Shown piece after piece: positions 1 to 8,945 of a stretch of 64,000 nt of DNA. The position numbers and the translations under genes were made by a program. The stretch lies in assembly GCA_963745835.1 (NCBI GenBank), contig CAVUZH010000014.1, positions 224,001 through 288,000 of the forward strand, in the 5' to 3' direction. This DNA is from an uncultured delta proteobacterium (GTDB taxonomy: Bacteria > Desulfobacterota > Binatia > UBA9968). The notes beneath the pieces are model-generated. The model had not been told where the DNA came from. It saw only the letters and a list, made by a program, of their open reading frames with translations, and did not search any database. How positions within the stretch are numbered: position 1 is the first letter of the stretch; every line of letters starts with the position of its first letter.

Positions 1-126
1 TACATACAGAACAACCCTGTACACAATTTGGTTTGGGTGAACAGAACTGGGGGAGTTATCTAGCAATTATAGGAAAAGGCTGTATCGATCTACGTGAAAC
101 TACGAACATTTTACCCATGACGTTCA

Positions 127-142
127 TGGCAACTCTTTTGCT
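127..142 (+). promoter_or_regulatory. sigma54 (-24/-12) promoter of the 200-4943 operon
   Basis: TGGCAACTCTTTTGCT, exact GG-N10-GC spacing, about 57 bp upstream of the ORF at 200. Confidence 0.65.
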
Positions 143-199
143 TTCAATAGCTTATCCTCTACGCCTGAGAAAAGGCCAACTAGTATCTTCTGAGTTGAA

Positions 200-1501
200 A
201 TGTTGTCAGCAAAACAAGATGAAAACCGCGCGGGGTCCACGGCTTCGAGGGTAAGCTCGCCGAGCGGCGGAACCGTAGGGAAAGTAGTCAACTCCATTCA
301 AGGTCTGCAGCAGCGGCTGAACGACTACACTTTGGAAGAGGTATCCGCCGCGGAAAATAGGTCACGCACTTTATTGCTTGGTCTTTTGAACTTGCAGTCA
401 CGTGTTGGATCTCTCCTTACAATTAAGCGATCCATGACTTCGGTGTACGAAGCCCTCGAGAAAACAGCATCTGAAGATATAAAGCTAAGCGTCATCGACA
501 CCGCGGGCAAACCCATCCACCTGCGCGACATCATTCAGGCCAGTAACCTGATCAAGTTTCCGGGACTCAAACGAACTTTGCATAAGAGATCCGAACATAC
601 TGTGACTACTGCTTCCCCTTCTGGTGAGACAATCTCCGGAGCCACGGATGCATCAAAATCAATCAAAGACGTCATCAGACAAGACTCGGCCGCGGATCGC
701 CGTGAAGCAACAGATTCGCCGGAAGAGCCGGCATTCGTCTTCGGCACGACTGAAATCGAAGCAGCCTCAGGAATTCCCTCAGCGGAGTTTTCATGGGACA
801 AAGATTCCGATTCCGTCAAAACCATTGGCGATGGACTTCAGTACGAACAGGAACTCCAAACAACCGCAATACGATCGGCAAGCGAGAAAATCAACAACCC
901 ACAGTCGGATATAAGCGTTCCCGAGTTCGTCCAAACATTACCGCTGTCAGAAGAGCCGAATACACCCATATCGACAGCGCTTGTTCCAACTGGCGGCGAT
1001 TTCGATCAGCGGCTTTTAGATGATCTCATCAAAAATTACGGCGAGTTTTTCAGCTCGTCTGATTCGCCGTCGAAGGTTGTGCCGCGGGCTAATATCGACA
1101 CTGCCGAGGCGGGCAGCAAACCCATCATCCTTGAGAAGCCGGCTGTTGAAAGTCCAAAAAACAAAACAGCTCGGACTTCACCGTTGAAAAAGGAAGGCGA
1201 CATCGATCGCGAGTTGAAAAAGATCATCAAGGATTATGGAGAATACGACATTTACTCACATAACAACCGGATTAACCTAAAGTTTGCCGGGGTGGGCGCA
1301 TTCTTACTAATAGTCGCAGTTCTTTCCGGCTTCTATCTCCTGTCATCATCGAAATCACAAGAGCCATCGAACCCACCCGCAGCCGCCGAATCTGTCTCAA
1401 GAACATCGGATGAGAACACTTCCGGAATGCGCGAGTTGAAACAAGCGGCAAAAGCCAGTGAAACAAAGATAAACAGTAAGTCTCCGATTGTAAAAAAATA
1501 A
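200..1501 (+). CDS. hypothetical single-pass membrane protein (N-terminal helical region, long acidic/Ser-Pro linker, duplicated D.D..L..(L/I)IK.YGE motif, C-terminal TM)
   Basis: 433-aa ORF; TM FAGVGAFLLIVAVLSGFYLL; motifs DFDQRLLDDLIKNYGEF and DIDRELKKIIKDYGEY; start codon (TTG) uncertain. Confidence 0.75.
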   Translation: MLSAKQDENRAGSTASRVSSPSGGTVGKVVNSIQGLQQRLNDYTLEEVSAAENRSRTLLLGLLNLQSRVGSLLTIKRSMTSVYEALEKTASEDIKLSVIDTAGKPIHLRDIIQASNLIKFPGLKRTLHKRSEHTVTTASPSGETISGATDASKSIKDVIRQDSAADRREATDSPEEPAFVFGTTEIEAASGIPSAEFSWDKDSDSVKTIGDGLQYEQELQTTAIRSASEKINNPQSDISVPEFVQTLPLSEEPNTPISTALVPTGGDFDQRLLDDLIKNYGEFFSSSDSPSKVVPRANIDTAEAGSKPIILEKPAVESPKNKTARTSPLKKEGDIDRELKKIIKDYGEYDIYSHNNRINLKFAGVGAFLLIVAVLSGFYLLSSSKSQEPSNPPAAAESVSRTSDENTSGMRELKQAAKASETKINSKSPIVKK

Positions 1502-1520
1502 GAAAGAAGGCTGAACATTT

Positions 1521-1847
1521 ATGAAGAACGAACTGCAAAATCTCACTGAAGATATTTCCCGCCTATATGAAGAAATCACCCAGAAAACCGAATCGCTGGG
1601 ACAGATTGATAGCATCACTCGGCTTTATGATGAGTTACAAACTCAATTGCTCGGTATCTCGACCGAGGAGGTCGATCTCCTCCAAACACAGATTAAGTCG
1701 ACGTTGGAACAGATGGTCGGAATCAGCAAGAGCCTGGGCGTAATAAAGACGCTGAAAATCACGCTGAACAGCAACGATGAAGTCCTGGAGAGTGTAAAGA
1801 AGACCCAGACCAATACGGCTACGCGGCGTTCGTTGGAAGATCGTTAG
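1521..1847 (+). CDS. small coiled-coil hypothetical protein
   Basis: 108 aa, RBS-like GAAGG, heptad pattern, internal repeat ISRLYEEI / ITRLYDEL, co-oriented in operon. Confidence 0.75.
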   Translation: MKNELQNLTEDISRLYEEITQKTESLGQIDSITRLYDELQTQLLGISTEEVDLLQTQIKSTLEQMVGISKSLGVIKTLKITLNSNDEVLESVKKTQTNTATRRSLEDR

Positions 1848-1877
1848 ACCTTACCTTTATATATACCGGGAATAGAG

Positions 1878-2672
1878 ATGCAAGGAAACCTCTCACAAAT
1901 CAGTCTCAATGATATTTTGATGCTCGCTACCGGCGGCAAGAAGTCCGGCGTTCTTAAACTCTCTCGCGGAAAGGAGACAGTAGAAGTTTATCTCGTCGAT
2001 GGCAGCATTATTCACGCCACATGTCCGATTGGGGATGGAGAAAAGGCGCTTCTGTATCCGGTAACGTGGGGAGAAGGTAACTTCGCTTTACTGCCTGCAG
2101 GAACTCCCCCGTCGGCGACCATAAAGAAGTCGTCATCTGAAATCCTCGACGAAGTGAAGGCAATGAGTCGCGAATGGGAGAACATTCTCGAAATCATTCC
2201 GTCCGGGAAGACCATTCTTCGTATAGCTGATTTGGGTGAGGAACAAAACGGTCCGGTAACTGTTCCCCACGTTGGCTGGCGAGTGCTCAGCAAAATCGAC
2301 GGCAACCGCTCAGTTCAGGAAATCGCCGAAACTCTTAGAATCCCTTATGCCTATACGGCCAAAGTTATCTTCAACCTACAAAGGTCCGGCTTGGTTGAAA
2401 TTGTTGCACCATCGTCCCGACCGGCAACTGATTTGGTCCCGCCAACGGCAATGGGGCGCGTCGTAGGACTCCTCACTGAGATTATGGGTCCCATGGCATC
2501 GCTCGTCGTACGCGATCAAATCGAAGCACTCGGTGAAACGCAATCTCAATTCCCGGAATCCAAGCTCCATGATTTGATTGAACATGTCGCTAAGGAAATC
2601 GGCGACGTAAAGCTCCGGCAGAAGTTTGAAGACTCTGCCTATCAGGAGATCTCCAATCTCAAACGATTCTAG
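1878..2672 (+). CDS. DUF4388 (PatA-N-like) domain protein with central winged-helix and C-terminal helical domain
   Basis: MQGNLSQISLNDIL..KKSGVLKL..G.IIHA..GEKAL..W.EG.F is the DUF4388 signature; W.VLS.IDG.RSV.EIA..L is wHTH-like; C-terminal L.EIMGPMA.LVV domain. Confidence 0.85.
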   Translation: MQGNLSQISLNDILMLATGGKKSGVLKLSRGKETVEVYLVDGSIIHATCPIGDGEKALLYPVTWGEGNFALLPAGTPPSATIKKSSSEILDEVKAMSREWENILEIIPSGKTILRIADLGEEQNGPVTVPHVGWRVLSKIDGNRSVQEIAETLRIPYAYTAKVIFNLQRSGLVEIVAPSSRPATDLVPPTAMGRVVGLLTEIMGPMASLVVRDQIEALGETQSQFPESKLHDLIEHVAKEIGDVKLRQKFEDSAYQEISNLKRF

Positions 2673-2696
2673 TAATCCTGCAATCGATTCGGAGGA

Positions 2697-3482
2697 ATGA
2701 TGTCACAAGAATCCATCTCAATTGAGGCGACAAAGGTCAATAAGCCGCTGAATATATCATGGCAAGGAAGCGGCCTCAGGTGGAAGATCAGCGTTGCATT
2801 TAGCGGCTTAATTCTACTGCTCGGAGTGCTGGTCATTGGGATTGTCTATTTCTTGACGGATAAAGCTTTGCACCGACAAGTTGACCTTCGCGCGATGGCA
2901 ATCGCCACCAATTTAAGTGACGCGTCAGCGGCTTATGTATCCCGGCGGAACACCCTTGAATTGGACGTCTTAATCGCGAAATACGGTCGTCTCGATGGTG
3001 TGGCGTACGCCTATATCCAAGACCCCAAGGGAGAGATCGTCGCGACGAGTCTTCAGCCGTTCCCAGCCGAGCTAAAAGATCCAGCCGCGGTGGAACGTCG
3101 CACGGCCAATTCGCGCGTGACGAACATTCGCGGAAAATCGATTTACGACACTCGGGTTCCCCTTCTTGAAGGTCAGCTCGGCACCGTTCATGTAGGCCTT
3201 TGGGCGGATTCAGTCCAGGCAGACGTTCGTGGGACGGTATTCACAATAATTACTTTGATCGCCGGGTGCCTTGCGGTTGGTATCGTTCTCTCGCTTCTGC
3301 TCGCCGCAAAGGCGATTCGACCTCTACTGGATTTGAAGGCAAGCGCGGATGAGATTAGCCGGGGGCAGCTGGACACGCCGGTCACAATCCAATCTACAGA
3401 TGAGATCGGCGAGCTGGCGCGATCACTCGAGCGCATGAGAGCAAGCCTCAAAGCGGCAATGGTCAGATTGAATCGCGAATAG
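2697..3482 (+). CDS. membrane sensor: TM - Cache-like periplasmic domain - TM - HAMP, with no output domain
   Basis: two TM segments; HAMP IRPLLDL..ADEISRGQL..DEIGELARSLERMR; stop codon about 12 residues after the HAMP domain. Confidence 0.85.
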   Translation: MMSQESISIEATKVNKPLNISWQGSGLRWKISVAFSGLILLLGVLVIGIVYFLTDKALHRQVDLRAMAIATNLSDASAAYVSRRNTLELDVLIAKYGRLDGVAYAYIQDPKGEIVATSLQPFPAELKDPAAVERRTANSRVTNIRGKSIYDTRVPLLEGQLGTVHVGLWADSVQADVRGTVFTIITLIAGCLAVGIVLSLLLAAKAIRPLLDLKASADEISRGQLDTPVTIQSTDEIGELARSLERMRASLKAAMVRLNRE

Positions 3483-3518
3483 GTGTTCGGAGGACTCGAT
3501 AAAATGGGAGGATCCAAA

Positions 3519-4943
3519 ATGCTGCAATTTCTCAAACAGACCTTAACAAGGGTGCTTACACTGACTGCCTTGGCTGCGCTCCCTTTCGGCGCTGTGGTGA
3601 GTGATACGAACTCTGCAGAAAGTACTGCAACCCAACCGCTCAGAAAAGTGATGATCGGCTATAGCGCCATTTCACCAAGTCAAGCGCCGGCTTGGATCGC
3701 GCAGGATCAGGGATTTTTCCGCAAGTACGGGTTGGACTCACAGCTTCTTTTCGTTGAGGGAGGGAGCCGGACCGTTCAGACGCTTATATCAGGTGATGTG
3801 CTCGCTGCTCAGGTAGCAGGGTCATCTGTGCTTCAAAGCAATCTGCAAGGATCCGGAGTCGTAATGGTTGCCGGATTTCTCAATACGATGGATTACAAGT
3901 TGATCGTATCGCGTGACATTACCAGACCGGATCAACTCAAAGGCAAAATAATGGCAGTCAGTCGCATTGGCTCTTCTTCGGACTTTGCAACTCGGTATGC
4001 GCTTGAGAAATACGGATTAACGCCGGATAAGGACGTCGCTATTGTTCAGATCGGTAGTCAACCAGCCCGCTTCTCAGCCTTAGAAAGCGGCAAAATACAC
4101 GGCGTTATGATCGCTATCCCATTGACTGCTAAAGCAAAAAAGATGGGGCTGAACACTCTGGCGGACCTTCAAATGCTCGGACTTGAATACCAGCATACGG
4201 GGCTGGCCTTTAGTCAAGACACCATAAAAAAACAACCGGAGCTCGTTCGCAACGTCTTAAAAGCTTTTGTCGAGAGTATTCATTTCATGAAGACCCGGCG
4301 GCAAGAGACAATTGGAATTTTGGCGAAGTATCTGAAATCCGACGATATGGAGGCTTTAGATGAAGCCTACGATTCTGTCCTTAATTCACTGATTCCAGAA
4401 AAGCCCTATCCAACAATTAAAGGAATTCAAATCATGCTCCGCGAAATGGGTATCAAAGAACCCGCAGCTCGAAGTGCGCGCCCTGACCAGTTCGTAGATC
4501 TGTCGTTCATGAAAGAACTCGACAGTTCTGGGTTCGTTGATCATCTGTATAAGACCCAAAGCCTTGCTAAAGCGGCGCCACGCGCTATTCCTGCGCCGGT
4601 GGTAGTTGCCGCCAAGGAGAAGCCCGTAACCGTAGATACGAAGGTAAAACCGGCTGCAGTAGAGAATAAAGCTAATGAGGTCGCTAACGTCATTGCGCCA
4701 GCGCCAGAAAAGACGCAGCTCTCGGTAGCTAGTACTGCTAAGCCGCTCAAACCCGCCAGCTCTGTCGATCAGCACTACGTCGTCAAAGTCGGCGATACCC
4801 TCAGCAAATTGGCTGAGCGCTTCTACAATTCTACATCTAAATGGGAGAAGATTTTTGAAGCAAACCGAGAAAATCTCAAAAATCCTAATTACATCTACGT
4901 GGGAATGAAGCTGGTAATTCCTGCTGACGATCAGGCAAGCTAA
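3519..4943 (+). CDS. SsuA/NMT1-type solute-binding protein fused to C-terminal LysM domain
   Basis: signal peptide; G.F.KYGLD, DLKGK-like and GS.SDF motifs; Pro/Ala/Lys linker; LysM YVVKVGDTLSKLAERFY..W.KIFEAN..L.NPNYIYVG.KLVIP; start 3519 or 3504. Confidence 0.85.
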   Translation: MLQFLKQTLTRVLTLTALAALPFGAVVSDTNSAESTATQPLRKVMIGYSAISPSQAPAWIAQDQGFFRKYGLDSQLLFVEGGSRTVQTLISGDVLAAQVAGSSVLQSNLQGSGVVMVAGFLNTMDYKLIVSRDITRPDQLKGKIMAVSRIGSSSDFATRYALEKYGLTPDKDVAIVQIGSQPARFSALESGKIHGVMIAIPLTAKAKKMGLNTLADLQMLGLEYQHTGLAFSQDTIKKQPELVRNVLKAFVESIHFMKTRRQETIGILAKYLKSDDMEALDEAYDSVLNSLIPEKPYPTIKGIQIMLREMGIKEPAARSARPDQFVDLSFMKELDSSGFVDHLYKTQSLAKAAPRAIPAPVVVAAKEKPVTVDTKVKPAAVENKANEVANVIAPAPEKTQLSVASTAKPLKPASSVDQHYVVKVGDTLSKLAERFYNSTSKWEKIFEANRENLKNPNYIYVGMKLVIPADDQAS

Positions 4944-4965
4944 TTCAGCAGAAGAGCCATCGAAC

Positions 4966-5005
4966 AAAGGGGCCGAACGGATCGATACCGTTGGGCCCCT
5001 TTTTT
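4966..5005 (+). terminator. intrinsic terminator (possibly bidirectional)
   Basis: AAAGGGGCCGAACGG-loop-CCGTTGGGCCCCTTTTTT between convergent genes. Confidence 0.8.
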
Positions 5006-5091
5006 CTTTGGGCTCATAAGTTAATCTTCGGGTCTAGGTTCGGAGTACGAACTTGGCTTCGGCTCCCCGCCGCAACCTTTAGCGAGTTTTA

Positions 5092-6084
5092 CTAGGTCAA
5101 AACTTTCAGGTCCTGAAATTCCTCAATAACGCGAAAATTCTTTTGCAACCGCTCCAGGTTCTCGCCGATCTGTTCAATGCTCTCATAGTTGACGTTGCCT
5201 AGAAACTCCCCCGCTTCAGCCAAATACTTAATTTTCTTTGGTTCGATTTTCATCAACCTGGCTGCGGTCGCGTCCACGGCGACAAGATCTTCACCAAAAA
5301 TCAAAACCCCGCTATCTATTGCCTGGCCTTGTAAAGGTCCATTCCCTTCCATCCCAACGATGCCATCGACAATCGCAAACTGCCGAACCGGCAGCGAGCT
5401 ATTGATATCCAGAATGCTATTGTGAATTCCCTGCCAATGAAGAATGTTTTTGGGCCAGCCATAAACCGAGCCCGGAACCACACCGAACATGTTTTTCAAC
5501 GATAGCGTGACCCCCGCCCAATGATGTGTTTTTAACTTGGGCATCGATACTAGTAGATCGGCATTGTAGAGAGTCTCCGGCAGATAAAGCTGCTCCAATT
5601 TAGTAAAACTACTAAGCAGGCGCGTCGCCCGTACATCGTCGCTATTCAAATCAACGTAAGGAACACGGTGCTCCTTTATTACGCCGTAAATGCCAGACGC
5701 GGTGAGAAGGTACTCGTTGTCACGACGATGTCCCGGGCCTTCAGCGACCAAGACTTGTCGGGCGCCGAGCGTCCGAAAGCAATCTATGGCAGCTTCGATA
5801 ACTAACGGATTAGTATTGATAACTCCATGGGGGTCAAATTCGACAAGATTCGGCTTGAGAAGGATCGTTTTTCCTCTTACCTCCAACCCGCAAAGGCTTA
5901 CCCCTTTTGTTATGATCTCCCGCAGCGATAAGTCATAGCGCAAGGCTTGCAGAACCGCCACCTGCGATATCCTCTCTTTGCGAAATGCTTCTGCGCGCCA
6001 CCTATGACTCTGACCACAGCCGCCAACGAAAGGAGTGACAGTGGCAAGGGCTGAATACTTGAGGAAGCTTCGCCGATTTATCAT
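5092..6084 (-). CDS. DUF362 family protein with Tat signal / possible lipobox
   Basis: RRSFLK twin-arginine; VGGC; KPNLV, PKLKTHHWAGVTLSLKNMFG, DGIVGMEGNGP motifs. Confidence 0.85.
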   Translation of the reverse strand: MINRRSFLKYSALATVTPFVGGCGQSHRWRAEAFRKERISQVAVLQALRYDLSLREIITKGVSLCGLEVRGKTILLKPNLVEFDPHGVINTNPLVIEAAIDCFRTLGARQVLVAEGPGHRRDNEYLLTASGIYGVIKEHRVPYVDLNSDDVRATRLLSSFTKLEQLYLPETLYNADLLVSMPKLKTHHWAGVTLSLKNMFGVVPGSVYGWPKNILHWQGIHNSILDINSSLPVRQFAIVDGIVGMEGNGPLQGQAIDSGVLIFGEDLVAVDATAARLMKIEPKKIKYLAEAGEFLGNVNYESIEQIGENLERLQKNFRVIEEFQDLKVLT

Positions 6085-6087
6085 TGT

Positions 6088-6987
6088 CTACAATCTAAAA
6101 GCTTTGACATGATCGAGCGAGGCAACAAGGGCTAATGCAAGTGTTTTCGTTTCACCGAGAAAGCCCGTCGTTTGAAACCTTTTTTCGATTTGTCGCTTCC
6201 ATCCGGATATCTCGTCGCCATAGATAGACAAGCAGATAGTTCCCCAACATAACGCTAATCCGGAATCGGTTTCTTGCATCATCTTTCGCAGCGCACTGAC
6301 ACTCTCCTGATTAGCTTGATTGAGTTGGTGGTCTTGCAAGGCAATCAATGCCACCGCCGTCACGTCAGGATAAGGCCACAGCGCATCGCCAAAAACCTTC
6401 GAGTTACCATAGTTCCAGCCGCCGCCACTGCACATACGATCATAAATCATCATCTCGCCTTGCTGAATTCGTTCCTCTAGATTCTTGGCGGCAACATGGG
6501 TTCGTACTTGCTTCAAGGCAACAAGAGCGTAGCTGGTGGGCTCGACCCAACTAAATGTTCGCGGAACCCAAGCCCACCCTTTCAGATCCGGATTCAAAGC
6601 AACGGTATTACTATGAGTTACGAATGCCCCAATTAAGCGAGCCAGTACGCCTGGGGTCCTACCCTCCTGTTTCAACAGCCAATCAGACGCCGTTCTCGTT
6701 TTTAGCTGATATTCCCGGAATCGGTTTAGCGCTATGATCGCCAGAGCAGTCGTCCAAGAAGCCTCATTTGTAGAATCACTGAGTGGCCAACTGCCATCCG
6801 CGCGTTGACGTTGAACCAGCCAGTCCAAGCCTCGCTTTGTACTTGCCACCGGCTGCTTCGCTCCGAGACTGTCCAAAGCCAGTAAGCACAGAGATGTACA
6901 TTCCGTGTTACTGCTCTTGCCTGGCAAAAACCCCCAGCCTCCGTCTTGGTTCTGCCCGCTTAATATTCGCTCGACGAGGTCATCCAT
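6088..6987 (-). CDS. prenyltransferase/squalene-oxidase repeat (alpha-alpha toroid) protein
   Basis: QW-type repeats QNQDGGWG, QRADGSW, GGWNYG. Confidence 0.8.
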   Translation of the reverse strand: MDDLVERILSGQNQDGGWGFLPGKSSNTECTSLCLLALDSLGAKQPVASTKRGLDWLVQRQRADGSWPLSDSTNEASWTTALAIIALNRFREYQLKTRTASDWLLKQEGRTPGVLARLIGAFVTHSNTVALNPDLKGWAWVPRTFSWVEPTSYALVALKQVRTHVAAKNLEERIQQGEMMIYDRMCSGGGWNYGNSKVFGDALWPYPDVTAVALIALQDHQLNQANQESVSALRKMMQETDSGLALCWGTICLSIYGDEISGWKRQIEKRFQTTGFLGETKTLALALVASLDHVKAFRL

Positions 6988-7512
6988 CTAGAACTTCCAC
7001 TGAGTTCGTATATAAACAGCAGCAACGCATCGGCCTGTCGTACCGATAACTCAAGCTACTACCATATTATATTACGACAGCAGAATTTTGACATCACCAG
7101 AACAACCAACCGCCGGAACCGTGGGACAGGATTAAGTGGCGATCCTGTTCGAACCTCCAACATTCACTTTATTATATCTCAAGTAGAGCTTACTGCCATA
7201 AGATGCCACAAGAATGCACCGTGGAAATATCCGCACCGTTCGCGCAACGGGTGCGGAATGCGATGCGGGACCGGCACGCCGCCTACCCGTCGGAAGCCTC
7301 CTTGTCTTATACAGAAACGGTGCATAAGCGAGTATGGCTTTTCATCCATCGCTCGATGAGGTAAGAGAGCTTCAACATCCGTAACGATCACTCGTTGACC
7401 TTACGGATGGTTTCTTCGGGTATGCTTACAAATGGGCGCACGTATGATGATGTAGCATCGCCATAGCCGCACCCGATTCAGTGGTAAATAAATCAAAAGA
7501 ATGGAGTTTTCG

Positions 7513-8224
7513 ATGTCCGGATGGAAGGCCCGCATCGGCTATTTATCACCTTCGTTTTTTGAAACCCCCCTCGGACTGGGATCTGATCCTCCCAAAAGGA
7601 TTTACCATCGTCTCCTCAGGACTGAACGTCCAATCCCATACTGAGGCGGAATTCGATAAAGCCATCGACGCCTTGGGAGTGGGTCTCGGTATCTTCGCGG
7701 CCGAAGAGTGCGATGTCGTTCTCATGGGGGGTATCGCATTGGGAACCCAGCGTGGTTACGCCGCCGAGCAACAGGTGGTTGCCGAACTATCGCGACAAGT
7801 TGGTTTGCCGGTGAGCACGGCGATGAGCGCCACCGTGGAGGCGATGAAACATTTAGAAATCCGTAGCACAGTGATCGCAACAGCCTATAAAGAAACTATC
7901 AACCAGGCGGTGAAGAAATATTACGAAGACGGCGGACTCGAGGTGTTGGCTATTAAACGGTTAGAGGTTTCCAAACCCGTGGAACAGGTCAAGCTGCCGG
8001 ATTATGCCTCCTATAAAGTTGCGCGCGAGCTTTATCGGCAGCATTCAACGACTGACAGTCTGCTGATCCAAGGACGTTGACGCTCAGTCGCGTACATTCA
8101 GGAGCTCGAAGACGATACGCAAAAACCTGCGATATCGAGCACGGCGGCCTCGCTCTGGTGGGTCATGCACGTTCTTGGAATCAAAGTCCCGATCCCGCGC
8201 TTCGGCAAACTTTTGCGCGGCTAA
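7513..8224 (+). pseudogene. arylmalonate decarboxylase / maleate isomerase family, disrupted
   Basis: ATG 7513 after GGAG reads MSGWKARIGYLSPSFFETP; +1 frameshift in C6 run 7565-7570; in-frame TGA 8078-8080, then RSVAYIQELE..KPAISS..ASLWW..FGKLL to TAA 8224. Confidence 0.8.
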
Positions 8225-8256
8225 GGTCAGCAGCTCTACTAAGTTGCCCAAAGTTC

Positions 8257-8565
8257 CTAGTGATGCGCGCGTAGCTCCGCAGCGGTGAATGGTCCGACGC
8301 CCATGATCTGATGGACGTCCCATTCATAGAGTTCGTAGGCGCAAAAACCCGCTGCCGTATACGGATCGGTACTGGCAATTTCCTCGGCTTGAGCTTTGGA
8401 TCCGGCCCTGATCACATAGATGCCGAACTTTCGATCAGGTGTAGGACCTGAAAAAAGGATGGAGCCGTTATCGTGCTGTTGCTTCATCCAAACTAGGTGC
8501 TGGTCGAGATTGACTGTCCAGTCCTCGCGTGGCTTTACAGGACGACGCATAACTAAATACCACAT
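8257..8565 (-). CDS. YciI family protein
   Basis: HLVWM..G.ILFSGP..A.EIA..DPY..G motifs, 102 aa. Confidence 0.8.
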   Translation of the reverse strand: MWYLVMRRPVKPREDWTVNLDQHLVWMKQQHDNGSILFSGPTPDRKFGIYVIRAGSKAQAEEIASTDPYTAAGFCAYELYEWDVHQIMGVGPFTAAELRAHH

Positions 8566-8945
8566 AGCATACTCCTTAATCTAAATTGAATTAAATTGGT
8601 GGATCGAAACATGTTCGAACACAATTATGGATACTTCCTCTAATTGACCGTGTCAAGATCGGGCAATACCTTACCTGCCGAGTGTGATCGCAATTATACC
8701 GCCGATTACAGCAAGGTATCGAGCGAGGTCCTCCCATTGAGCTCTTCCCTGTCCGGCAGTAGCCGGTCAACAGCCCGTACGAGACACCTGCAAGTGAGAT
8801 GAGCTCAACAGGCATGGCAAAACAATGTGTTTGGGTGTACTAGACCAGCTGAATTGAGTCAAAGGTGAAGGTGAAAAGATCGTTTAACTCAGCCCGCCTT
8901 TAGCGTATACTATGCCGAATTTTAATCGAATATTCAGGAGAGATT

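Noticed and set aside
7179-7391. 70-aa minus-strand ORF
   Set aside because: No RBS or recognisable motif, and it overlaps the candidate structured RNA.
8078-8080. In-frame TGA as selenocysteine
   Set aside because: The position fits a Trp rather than the catalytic Cys, I see no clear SECIS hairpin, and the gene also has a frameshift.
8644-8656. TTGAC-CGT-GTCAA as an FNR/CRP box
   Set aside because: The spacer is 3 nt rather than 4, and it is a single instance.
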